Notes under the pieces: generated by a model
Database searches by the model: none
Seen by the model: the letters and a program-made list of their open reading frames with translations, nothing else
What the model was told of the DNA's origin: nothing
In this document: positions 19,787-29,177 of the stretch, in pieces
How the letters are laid out: each line of letters begins with the position of its first letter
Numbering within the stretch: position 1 is the first letter of the stretch
Made by a program: the position numbers and the translations under genes
NCBI GenBank assembly: GCA_028282585.1
Contig: JANQHR010000024.1
Coordinates: 1 to 58,217, forward strand
Length of the DNA stretch: 58,217 nucleotides
Reading direction: 5' to 3'
Origin: Bacteroidales bacterium
GTDB taxonomy: Bacteria; Bacteroidota; Bacteroidia; Bacteroidales; UBA12077

Positions 19787-21001
19787 ATGATAAGTGATTT
19801 AGAACAAATTTATTCAACAAATATCAAAGTAATGAAGAAGTCTGTTATAAGAGAACTTCTTAAATTGACTCAACGCCCAGAGGTAATATCCTTTGCTGGC
19901 GGGCTTCCTGCTCCGGAATCTTTCCCCGTAGAACAATTGAAAGAAATATCATGTGAAGTTTTAGAAAATGATGGTCCTTCAGCTTTACAATATGGAGCAA
20001 CAGAAGGGGTTACTGAGCTTAGGCAACTTATGGTTGATAGATATAATGCTCAGGGAATGGATATTGAATTAAAAAACCTTGTAATTACAACATCGTCACA
20101 ACAAGGATTAGATTTGTTAGCAAAAATATTTATTAATAGAGGAGATAAAGTTATTTGTGGGTTACCTTCTTACTTGGGAGGCTTGGGAGCATTTAACTCT
20201 TATGGAGCCGAGATGATTGGAATTAAATTCGATGAACATGGAATGCGTGCGGATTTATTAGAAAAAAAATTAGCTGAACTTAAATCAGAAGGAATCAAAC
20301 CTAAATTTATATACATCATTCCAGATTTTCAGAATCCAGCAGGGATAACAATGCCAGAATCACGTCGTTTGGAAATAATTGATATTGCTAAAAAATACGA
20401 CGTATTAATTGTTGAAGATAGCCCTTATCGGGAGGTTCGTTTTGAAGGAAAAGCTCAAAGAACCATTTTCGAATTAGATGCAACAGGGCAAGTAATTTTA
20501 CTAGGCACTTTTTCTAAGATATTCGTTCCAGGATTTAGAATTGGGTGGGTAGTAGCTCATGAAAAAATCGTAGATAAGTTTGTAGTAGCAAAGCAATCTA
20601 CTGATTTATGTACTCCAACTTTAAATCAAAAAATAGTACATAAGTACATCGAAAAAGGTTATTTTGATCAAAACCTGAAAGAAATTATCAAACAATACCA
20701 CGAGAAAAGAGATAATATGCTTCAAGCTTTCAGAAGTTATATGCCAAAAGGCGTAACCTGGACTGAACCGGAAGGTGGTTTGTTTTTATTTTTAACTCTT
20801 CCTGAAGGAATGGATGCAGAAAGCTTATTTCATAAAGCAATCAAAAACAATGTTGCATTTGTTCTTGGGAGTGTGTTTCACTGCGATGGTAGTGGTAAAA
20901 ACACAATGCGTATAAACTTCTCATTTATGCCAATGGACAAAACTACTGAAGGAGTAAAACGTCTGGCAAAAGCAATAAAAGAAGAAATGGGAGTTGAATA
21001 A
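19787..21001 (+). CDS. PLP-dependent class I/II aminotransferase (2-aminoadipate/aromatic, LysN-like)
   Basis: Start moved to ATG 19787; SVIRELLK, ISFAGGLP, LQYGATEG, PDFQNPAG, EDSPY, GTFSKIFVPGFRIGW (PLP Lys), MRINFS. Confidence 0.92.
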   Translation: MISDLEQIYSTNIKVMKKSVIRELLKLTQRPEVISFAGGLPAPESFPVEQLKEISCEVLENDGPSALQYGATEGVTELRQLMVDRYNAQGMDIELKNLVITTSSQQGLDLLAKIFINRGDKVICGLPSYLGGLGAFNSYGAEMIGIKFDEHGMRADLLEKKLAELKSEGIKPKFIYIIPDFQNPAGITMPESRRLEIIDIAKKYDVLIVEDSPYREVRFEGKAQRTIFELDATGQVILLGTFSKIFVPGFRIGWVVAHEKIVDKFVVAKQSTDLCTPTLNQKIVHKYIEKGYFDQNLKEIIKQYHEKRDNMLQAFRSYMPKGVTWTEPEGGLFLFLTLPEGMDAESLFHKAIKNNVAFVLGSVFHCDGSGKNTMRINFSFMPMDKTTEGVKRLAKAIKEEMGVE

Positions 21002-21005
21002 TTTC

Positions 21006-21177
21006 AAAAAGAGATTGTGCAAAAAGTTAGAAGTTTTCATAGTTTTGAAAATTAGTAATTGCCCAATTCCTAAATGGAATTTTGATTTTCAGTTACTTAC
21101 ATTATCATAAACTGACTTTAGGGGTTGGTCAAAAGTAATTGAAAATATGCAATTTAGCTTTTTGTACAACCTTTTTT
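21006..21177. repeat. MITE-like ~170-bp element with imperfect terminal inverted repeats
   Basis: AAAGAGATTGTGCAAAAAGTTAG versus reverse complement of the right end AAAAAGGTTGTACAAAAAGCTAA (18/23 identical); internal CCTAAA...TTTAGG. Confidence 0.55.
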
Positions 21178-21213
21178 ATTCTGAATAGTCTTATATCACT
21201 TATCACATTTCGT

Positions 21214-21221
21214 TATATTTG
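21214..21221 (+). promoter_or_regulatory. -7 element of the GT2 gene
   Basis: TATATTTG 16 bp upstream of the ATG at 21238. Confidence 0.55.
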
Positions 21222-21237
21222 TAATTGAATTGCACAT

Positions 21238-23199
21238 ATGACGAAACTATCAATTATAATCGTTAACTATAATGTTAAGCATTTTTTAGAACAATGCTTA
21301 ATTTCTGTTTTTAATGCTTGCGCAAACATTCAGTCTGAAATTTTTGTAGTTGATAATAATTCAGTTGATGGTTCATGTGCAATGGTAAAAGAACGATTTC
21401 CTAAAGTTAAACTCCTGGAGAATAAAAAAAATTATGGCTTTAGTTATGCTAATAATCAAGCTATTAAGCAAGCAAAAGGAGAATACATTTTATTACTTAA
21501 TCCAGATACAGTTGTTGAAGAAGATAGTTTTGAAAAGTGCATCCAATTTATGGATATTAACTCAGATACAGGGGGACTTACTGTAAAAATGATAGATGGA
21601 AAAGGAAATTTCCTTCCTGAATCAAAAAGAGCTCTCCCCACACCTACGGTTTCATTTTATAAAATATTTGGATTTGCAAGTTTATTTCCTAAATCAAAAA
21701 AGTTTGCCAAATATTATTTAGGTCATTTAAACGAGAATGAAATAAATGAAATTGAAATACTTCCCGGAGCATTTATGTTCCTTCGAAAAAAAGTTTTAGA
21801 TAAAACCGGCCTTTTGGACGAAGAATATTTTATGTATGGTGAGGATATTGATTTGTCTCATCGAATAACAAAAGCGGGTTATAAAAATTATTATTATCCG
21901 AACACAGCAATTATTCATTACAAAGGAGAAAGCACTAAAAAAGGAAGCCTTAATTATGTATATATATTTTATAAGGCTATGATGATTTTTGCTCAAAAAC
22001 ATTTTTCACATAAAAATGCTAAAGCCTTTTCATTTCTTATAAACCTTGCAATCTATTTTCGTGCATTTTTGGCTGTTTTATCAAGATTTACCAAAAATAT
22101 CTTTCTCCCTACATTAGATTTTCTTTTCATTTACCTAACGTATATCTTTATTGAACGGATTTGGGAAAATTATAAGTTTGGAGATAATGGTCAATATCCT
22201 GAAGAATTCTTAAAATATGCAGTGCCTTCATATATTATTATTTGGTTAGTTAGTGTTTGGTTAAACGGTGGATACTCAAAGCAAATTAAATTCTTTAGTT
22301 TATTTAAAGGGATTGGTATTGGTACTATTGTAATTCTTGCTATTTATGCTTTACTGCCCGAAAGTTTAAGATTTTCAAGAGCCCTTATAATAGTAGGTTG
22401 CTTATTTACGCTCTTAATCACTTATATAAATCGCTTAATTGTTCATCAAATTAAATTCTTTCCCCAACGATTCAAACTTAACCGAAGATTAAAGATTATT
22501 ATTATCGGATTAATTGATGAAATCAATCGCGTTGAAAGAATAATTACAAAAGCAGAAATAAAACCTCTTATAATTGGAAAAGTTTCACCGTTAGAAAAAA
22601 CAAAAGAAAGCTACCATATAGGCAGCATAAAACAACTTGAAGAGATAGTAAAGATCCATAGAATTGATGAAGTTGTGTTTTGTGCAAAGGATGTTCCTTC
22701 CAATCAGATCATTTCAAATATGTTGCGTTTGGCATCATTTAATTTGGATTACAAAATTGCTCAGCCTGATACCTTATCTATTATAGGAAGCAACTCTATT
22801 GAAACCACCGGAGAACTTTATACTGTTGAAATTAACTCAATATCAAATAATGAAAACATTAGAAATAAAAGAATCTTTGATATAATTTCATCTGTTTTAA
22901 TTCTCTTATTCAGCCCATTAATGTTGCTTTTATTTAAAATTCCCTATAAATTAATAAACAATTCTGTTCATGTTTTGTTAGGAAGTAAAACCTGGGTAGG
23001 GTATAAAACGGAAAGTGATGTTAATACTGAGAATTTACCTAAAATTAAAAAAGGAATTTTAACACCACTCGATTTAAGATCAGAGAAAGAAGAAAATGTT
23101 ACTTTCATCCACAACTCAAATTTAGCCTATGCTAAAAATTACAAAGTTTGGAACGATCTCAATATCCTCTTAAAAGGTTTTAAACAAATAGGCCGTTAA
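21238..23199 (+). CDS. GT2 glycosyltransferase with a membrane domain and WcaJ-like C-terminal region
   Basis: SIIIVNYN, VVDNNSVDGS, GFSYANN, LLNPDT, FMYGEDID; several TM helices; IIIIG Rossmann-like segment and KRIFDII. Confidence 0.88.
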   Translation: MTKLSIIIVNYNVKHFLEQCLISVFNACANIQSEIFVVDNNSVDGSCAMVKERFPKVKLLENKKNYGFSYANNQAIKQAKGEYILLLNPDTVVEEDSFEKCIQFMDINSDTGGLTVKMIDGKGNFLPESKRALPTPTVSFYKIFGFASLFPKSKKFAKYYLGHLNENEINEIEILPGAFMFLRKKVLDKTGLLDEEYFMYGEDIDLSHRITKAGYKNYYYPNTAIIHYKGESTKKGSLNYVYIFYKAMMIFAQKHFSHKNAKAFSFLINLAIYFRAFLAVLSRFTKNIFLPTLDFLFIYLTYIFIERIWENYKFGDNGQYPEEFLKYAVPSYIIIWLVSVWLNGGYSKQIKFFSLFKGIGIGTIVILAIYALLPESLRFSRALIIVGCLFTLLITYINRLIVHQIKFFPQRFKLNRRLKIIIIGLIDEINRVERIITKAEIKPLIIGKVSPLEKTKESYHIGSIKQLEEIVKIHRIDEVVFCAKDVPSNQIISNMLRLASFNLDYKIAQPDTLSIIGSNSIETTGELYTVEINSISNNENIRNKRIFDIISSVLILLFSPLMLLLFKIPYKLINNSVHVLLGSKTWVGYKTESDVNTENLPKIKKGILTPLDLRSEKEENVTFIHNSNLAYAKNYKVWNDLNILLKGFKQIGR

Positions 23200-23241
23200 G
23201 GCAAAAACTTATAGTGTTTAAAACAAAGAAAATAAATTACA

Positions 23242-24582
23242 ATGGCTAAAATTGAAATACTTTTACCTGCAATGGGTGAAGGAATAATTGAAGCAACCAT
23301 TACCAAATGGCTTGTAAAAGAAGGAGAAAAAGTTGAAGAAGATCAATCTTTGGTTGAAGTTGCAACTGATAAAGTTGATTCTGAAATTCCTTCTCCGGAA
23401 AATGGTGTTATAGAAAAGCTTTTATTTACTGAAGAAGATATTCCAAAAGTTGGTGATACCATAGCTATTCTAAATACAAATGGTTCAAGCGAAGAAGAAA
23501 CTATTGAAGTTAAAAAGGTGGTTAAAGAAGAAAAGCAACCTACACCTGAAAATATTCCAGGTGATGAACTATTGTCTAATAAAGAAAACGTAACTTCAGA
23601 TGTACTTGTCGTTTCAAAAACTCCCGAAGGTAAATTCTTATCTCCATTAGTTAGAAATATAGCTCAAAGAGAAAATGTTACATTAGAAGAGTTAGATAGA
23701 ATTAATGGAAGTGGTAATACGGGGAGAATTACAAAAAATGATATTATTAATTACATCAAAACTCGAACAAATACAGGAATTAAACCTACATCTCAACAAG
23801 TTTCTGAAGTAAAACAGGCAACTACAGTTCAAGTGCAAAAACCAGAAATAAATAAAGAAGCTGTTTATTCGGGAGATTACGAAATTATTGAAATGGATCG
23901 TATGCGTAAATTGATTGCTGATCATATGGTTCAATCAAAACAAACTTCTCCGCATGTTACTTCTTTCATTGAAACTGATGTAACTAATATGGCTAATTGG
24001 AGAAATAAAAATAAAGAAAGAATCCTCGATAAAGAAGGTGTTAAACTTACTTTTACTCCAATATTTGTTGAAGCTGTAGTAAAAGCTTTAAAAGATTATC
24101 CAATGATTAATGTTTCTGTAGATGGAGATAAAATCATTAAAAAGAAGAATATAAACATTGGAATAGCAACCGCATTACCTACTGGTAACTTGATAGTTCC
24201 GGTAATCAAAAATGCCGATAGATTAAACTTATTGGGATTAGCAGCTGGTGTTAATGATCTTGCAACCCGAGCAAGAGATAATAAATTAAAACCTGATGAA
24301 ATACAAGGTGGAACGTTTACCTTAACAAATTTTGGGACATTTGGTAATACTACCGGAACACCAATAATAAATCAACCGCAAGTAGCTATCCTAGGTGTCG
24401 GAGCAATTGAAAAAAAACCTGCGGTGATTGAAACGCCAACAGGTGATGCAATCGCAATTCGTCATAAAATGATATTATCTCTCGCATATGATCATAGAGT
24501 AGTTGACGGGGCTTTAGGAGGAATGTTTTTAAAACGAATTTCAGATTATTTAGAGGATTTTGATATAAAAAGGAACGTATAA
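23242..24582 (+). CDS. 2-oxo-acid dehydrogenase E2 (dihydrolipoamide acyltransferase)
   Basis: Lipoyl EVATDKVDSEIPSP; E3-binding LSPLVRNIA...GSGNTGRITKND; catalytic YDHRVVDG. Confidence 0.95.
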   Translation: MAKIEILLPAMGEGIIEATITKWLVKEGEKVEEDQSLVEVATDKVDSEIPSPENGVIEKLLFTEEDIPKVGDTIAILNTNGSSEEETIEVKKVVKEEKQPTPENIPGDELLSNKENVTSDVLVVSKTPEGKFLSPLVRNIAQRENVTLEELDRINGSGNTGRITKNDIINYIKTRTNTGIKPTSQQVSEVKQATTVQVQKPEINKEAVYSGDYEIIEMDRMRKLIADHMVQSKQTSPHVTSFIETDVTNMANWRNKNKERILDKEGVKLTFTPIFVEAVVKALKDYPMINVSVDGDKIIKKKNINIGIATALPTGNLIVPVIKNADRLNLLGLAAGVNDLATRARDNKLKPDEIQGGTFTLTNFGTFGNTTGTPIINQPQVAILGVGAIEKKPAVIETPTGDAIAIRHKMILSLAYDHRVVDGALGGMFLKRISDYLEDFDIKRNV

Positions 24583-24592
24583 TAGCACATTT

Positions 24593-24626
24593 AAAACGCC
24601 AGTAACAAACTGGTGTTTTGTTTTTT
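24593..24626 (+). terminator. Intrinsic terminator after E2
   Basis: AAAACGCCAGT-aacaa-ACTGGTGTTTTGTTTTTT. Confidence 0.75.
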
Positions 24627-24691
24627 AAATAGTTCAGGTTTTCTTAGAAATTTTATTACTTTTGTTAGTACGTGGATTAACTTTAACCGCC

Positions 24692-26005
24692 ATGGATCGA
24701 ATATTAATAGCACTTTTTATAGTTGTTACATTATTGCCATCAGCTCAGTCGCAAACAAAAAAAGACCTAAAAAGAGCCTTCATTAATGGTGAATTTGCAC
24801 TTATTTATGAAGAATATAAGGAAGCTTTACCTTTTTTCCTGGAATTATATGATGCCGGAAGAAGAGATGCTAACATAAAACATCGAATTGGTCTTTGCTA
24901 TTTAAATATTCCAAATCAAAAAGAAAATGCTATAAAATATCTTGAAGAAGCTACTGAAAACATTTCAACTGATTATAGCGTTGGGAATTATAACGAACGG
25001 GAAGCACCTATTGAAACTTATTTATACCTTGGAATGGCTTATAGGGTAAATAATCGGTTACAAGATGCAATTAATGCATTTAACAAGTATAAGGAATTAG
25101 TTGATCCAAATGATGAAGAGCAAAATAGAATTGTAAATGCCGAATTAACCGCTTGCAAGAATGCCCTTGAATTATCACGGATACCTACAAGTATTATTGA
25201 GTCAAATTTAGGACAAAACATAAATTCTAAATTTAATAATGTGAATCCATTAGTTTCTGGAGATGAAGAAACAATGGTTTTTGTTAGTGAACTTAGATTT
25301 TATGATGGTGTATTCTCATCAAAAAAACGTGATGGACGTTGGTTACCAGCACGAAATATCTCACTTGATTTTAAATCGGATAGTCCACTGGAGCCGGTTT
25401 ATTTAACCAGAGATGGCAATACTTTATATTTAGTTAGAAATGATAATGATGACTTTAATATATATACAAGTCGATTTAACGATGGAATTTGGAGTGAACC
25501 AATTAAGTTAAACAATAATGTTAATACTAAAGCGTCAGAAACACATGCTTGTGTATCTGATGATGGACTTACTTTATATTTTGTTAGTAACAGAGAGGGA
25601 GGAATTGGAGGATCAGATATATACAAGTCAAGAAGAAACAAAGATGGTGAATGGGGACCTGCCGAAAATCTGGGCTCCACAATAAATACTCCATTTGATG
25701 AAATAACCCCATTCATTACGGAAAATGGTAATAAATTATATTTCTCCTCACAAGGTCATTTCAACATTGGAGGATTTGATATTTTCACTTCAAAAAAGCA
25801 AGGAAGTAGTTGGGGTAAACCTGAAAATATTGGATTACCTTTTAATACTACGGATGATGATGTGTTCTTTTTTCCACTTAAAAATGGTGAAATTGCCTAT
25901 TTTTCTAAGTTCAAAGAAACTGGTTATGGTGATAACGATCTTTACCGAATCCAGATTTTCGAGCGAGAAGTTATCCCAGCTGATGAAAATGAAGCCGAAC
26001 TATAA
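24692..26005 (+). CDS. Exported TPR + PD40 (TolB-like propeller) protein, paralogue A
   Basis: ATG 24692 gives a signal peptide (AQS|Q); TPRs; PD40 blades (LYFVSNREGGIGGSDIY, NLGSTINT, LYFSSQGHFNIGGFDIF, NIGLPFNTTDDD). Confidence 0.88.
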   Translation: MDRILIALFIVVTLLPSAQSQTKKDLKRAFINGEFALIYEEYKEALPFFLELYDAGRRDANIKHRIGLCYLNIPNQKENAIKYLEEATENISTDYSVGNYNEREAPIETYLYLGMAYRVNNRLQDAINAFNKYKELVDPNDEEQNRIVNAELTACKNALELSRIPTSIIESNLGQNINSKFNNVNPLVSGDEETMVFVSELRFYDGVFSSKKRDGRWLPARNISLDFKSDSPLEPVYLTRDGNTLYLVRNDNDDFNIYTSRFNDGIWSEPIKLNNNVNTKASETHACVSDDGLTLYFVSNREGGIGGSDIYKSRRNKDGEWGPAENLGSTINTPFDEITPFITENGNKLYFSSQGHFNIGGFDIFTSKKQGSSWGKPENIGLPFNTTDDDVFFFPLKNGEIAYFSKFKETGYGDNDLYRIQIFEREVIPADENEAEL

Positions 26006-26154
26006 ACAAATTTTGAAATAGATAATTAAACATTTCTTTTTAATCCTTTGTTAGAGATTTAATTAAGCTTAAATAATTTTAAGAAAGAAATAAGGCTATA
26101 CGCGAAATTTTCATTATTTTTATCTAATTTCGTGTGTTTGAAAATAAGGTCTTT

Positions 26155-29091
26155 ATGAAAAGGTTAACTATACTCGCGTTTTTAAGCGTTTTTTTTATTT
26201 CTCAAATTAATTCCCAAGAATACTATGAGCTCGAGGAAATGTTTCTCGATGCTGATTCATGGTTCTTTTTCGAAGATTACCAGGAGGCTCTACCTTTATT
26301 TTTAAGAGTTCTTGAAGCCGATTCTATGAATTATAATGTGATGTATAAAATTGGTTTTTGCTATTTGCATATTCCGGGGCAAAAGAATAAGTCAATTCCA
26401 TATTTAGAAAACGCAATACAAAGAACCACTTTTAATTATAGAAACAATACGTATGCTGAAAGAGAAGCTCCAGTAGATGCCTTATTTTATTTAGGCAATG
26501 CCTATCTAGTTAGTAATCAAATAAATGAAGCAATAGATGCGTATTCAGGATTTCAAAATAAAATTACCCGCACTCAAAAAGTAGCTAATAAAGATATATA
26601 CGATACAGATTATGTGCAACGTCAGTTTGATGCATGTAGAAATGCCATTCAGTTTCAATATGAGCCTGTAAGCTTTATTGCAAAAAATGTTGGAAATAAA
26701 ATTAACACGCGTTTTAATGAATTTAATGCCGTAGTTTCTGGTGATGGATCTACCATGGCATTTACTGCAGCACTTCAATTTTATGATGCAATTTTTTATT
26801 CTAAAAAAGATGATGAAGGAAATTGGAGTTATCCGGTAAACATTATGGGACAGTTAGGAATTGATGATAACAGCGCTACAACAGGTTTATCATACGATGG
26901 AACTGAATTATATATTTATAAAGACGATGATTTCGACGGTAATATTTACGTTAGCTATTTTAAAGAGGGGTTTTGGACACCCGTTCGTAAGTTAGGTGAA
27001 AATATAAATACAAAATACTGGGAATCACACGCATCTTTATCTCCAGACAACCAAAAACTTTACTTTGCCAGCAATCGTGAAAATGGTTTCGGAGATCTTG
27101 ATATTTATGTTTCTGAAAGAGAATCGGACACAACATGGAAGAAACCTAAGAATCTTGGAGAGATCATAAATACAAGGTGGAACGAAAACACACCGTTTTT
27201 AACCCCAGATGGTAAAAGACTTTTTTTCAGCTCCGAAGGACATGCTGGAATGGGAGGTTATGATATTTACTACTCCGAAATAGATGGAAATGGTGAATGG
27301 ACAGAACCTGTTAACATAGGTTATCCAATAAACACAACAGATGACGATATTTTCTTTGTTCCTTATGAAAATGGTAATTTCGCTTATTGTTCGCAGTTTT
27401 CCACTCAAGGATATGGGGGACAGGATATCTATCATTATCAATTATTTAATATTCCTGAATACGAAAATATCTTTGTTGAAGGTATTCTTGCAATGGATAA
27501 TGAAGAAAACAGGAAAAAGGAAGAATTCAGCATTAATATAATTGATAAAAACAAAGGAGATACTTTGGTTATTTTAAATCCTGAGGAAGAGGAAGAATTA
27601 ATGTACCAGTATCAAACTCCTCTAGGTATTAATCATCTGGTTTACGAAAGCTCTTTAAACGAAAATGAAAATCAATTTTTCATATCATCTAAATATGATA
27701 TAAGAGAGGTTTTCAGATCAAAAGTACCTGAGCCCGCAATAACCGCTCAAGCCGATACAACACCAGAAATAATTTTAGAAGATAATCTTTTTGAAACCGA
27801 TAAAGAAAACGTAAAGATTAAACTTTCACTTCAAAAAGGAAACCGTTTAATTGTTAATACTTTCTATAAAGATCGGTTACTAAATACTGAAGAATTTGAA
27901 ATTAAAAAAGAGGATTTCATATATGAATATAAGCCACTTATAGGTGAAAGCAAAATTAGGTTTAAGCTTATTGATAAAAATAATAATGTAAAATCAGAAG
28001 AAGTTACTGTTTCATATTTGCCTAAAGATACCGAGGCAAAACTTAATATTGAAGATAAGATCTTTAGTCTTGGTAACAATGGCGATAAAACGGTTAAAAT
28101 AAAACTTTCTGTTGAAAAAGGATCCAAACTACTTGTTGAAACATTTGTTGACGAACAATTAATTAATACTGAAACATTTAATGTTAAAAAAGAAAGTTTT
28201 GTTTATGAATTTGAACCAAAATCTGATAAGTCAAAGCTTAACTTTAAACTAGTTGATAAAAACAATAACGTAAAAAACGAAGAAGTTATAGTTTCTCATA
28301 CTCCAATAAGTAAAGATCTTGCTGAAGTTTTAACCGGTGCAACCAGTTTTAATACTAAAGATTTTACAAAACTTAGTTCTGCAAAAGAAATTAAATCTGC
28401 AAGCTCAACAGAAGATTTGATTTTGCAGATATATCAAAAAGCCGCAACTTTAGGATTATCAAAACAGCAAACGGAAGCATTAATTATTGCTTTGGTTATA
28501 AACTCAAATATTAATACTAATGAGTTTATAAATCAACTGCAAGGTATTGCTAATGGTGATATCCGTTTTGTACTAGATTCAATAAGAAATAACAACATTT
28601 CGTTTAAAAATAACTTGGCAGTTATACAACATCTGGAGTTTAAGTCAAATTCTAAAAATTATAATAACAGAGATATTGTAACTTTATTAGAGGATTACCT
28701 AAAACAATCAGATAAACCTACTCCAGACTTAATTACAAATCTGAATAAAGTTTTATCTGTTGACATTTCCAGTTTATTGGAAAACATGGATGCGTCGGTT
28801 ATTGATATTGTCTCATTCGATGATTTTAAAAATCACCTTGAAAAGTCAAATATATATTCTGAAGAAGAGTTAAAGCAACTATACGCTTTAATGGAAGGAA
28901 TGCTATTAGCATCAAAAGCTTCTAATGAAACCAAAACTATAATTGAAACTACTATTGCCCTTGAGGATAGCAAAAATATTAAGAATTTCTGGCTTATTAT
29001 TTTCGCTGCATTAAGTGGATTAATTCTTGGTTTAATAATTATTTATTTTAATCGTAATAAGAATAACAGAAGTAGAAAAACTAAACCATAA
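26155..29091 (+). CDS. TPR + PD40 protein with tandem beta repeats, a helical region and a C-terminal TM anchor, paralogue B
   Basis: ATG 26155, signal peptide INS|Q; PD40 motifs; duplicated ~85-aa unit; FWLIIFAALSGLILGLIIIYF followed by basic NRNKNNRSRKTKP. Confidence 0.85.
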   Translation: MKRLTILAFLSVFFISQINSQEYYELEEMFLDADSWFFFEDYQEALPLFLRVLEADSMNYNVMYKIGFCYLHIPGQKNKSIPYLENAIQRTTFNYRNNTYAEREAPVDALFYLGNAYLVSNQINEAIDAYSGFQNKITRTQKVANKDIYDTDYVQRQFDACRNAIQFQYEPVSFIAKNVGNKINTRFNEFNAVVSGDGSTMAFTAALQFYDAIFYSKKDDEGNWSYPVNIMGQLGIDDNSATTGLSYDGTELYIYKDDDFDGNIYVSYFKEGFWTPVRKLGENINTKYWESHASLSPDNQKLYFASNRENGFGDLDIYVSERESDTTWKKPKNLGEIINTRWNENTPFLTPDGKRLFFSSEGHAGMGGYDIYYSEIDGNGEWTEPVNIGYPINTTDDDIFFVPYENGNFAYCSQFSTQGYGGQDIYHYQLFNIPEYENIFVEGILAMDNEENRKKEEFSINIIDKNKGDTLVILNPEEEEELMYQYQTPLGINHLVYESSLNENENQFFISSKYDIREVFRSKVPEPAITAQADTTPEIILEDNLFETDKENVKIKLSLQKGNRLIVNTFYKDRLLNTEEFEIKKEDFIYEYKPLIGESKIRFKLIDKNNNVKSEEVTVSYLPKDTEAKLNIEDKIFSLGNNGDKTVKIKLSVEKGSKLLVETFVDEQLINTETFNVKKESFVYEFEPKSDKSKLNFKLVDKNNNVKNEEVIVSHTPISKDLAEVLTGATSFNTKDFTKLSSAKEIKSASSTEDLILQIYQKAATLGLSKQQTEALIIALVINSNINTNEFINQLQGIANGDIRFVLDSIRNNNISFKNNLAVIQHLEFKSNSKNYNNRDIVTLLEDYLKQSDKPTPDLITNLNKVLSVDISSLLENMDASVIDIVSFDDFKNHLEKSNIYSEEELKQLYALMEGMLLASKASNETKTIIETTIALEDSKNIKNFWLIIFAALSGLILGLIIIYFNRNKNNRSRKTKP
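27772..28305 (+). repeat. Intragenic tandem duplication of a beta-rich domain
   Basis: VKIKLSLQKGNRLIVNTF..LNTEEFEIKKEDFIYEYKP..FKLIDKNNNVKSEEV versus VKIKLSVEKGSKLLVETF..INTETFNVKKESFVYEFEP..FKLVDKNNNVKNEEV. Confidence 0.9.
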
Positions 29092-29177
29092 ATAAGTATT
29101 AAAATTGGTATTTTTTGATTAATGTATGTATCTTGAAACTTAGTTTTTAAGATCAGAATCACCATAACATTGTTTAT

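Noticed and set aside
23242-24582. E2 gene without E1 or E3 as an unusual system
   Set aside because: Dispersed 2-oxo-acid dehydrogenase subunit genes are normal in Bacteroidota.
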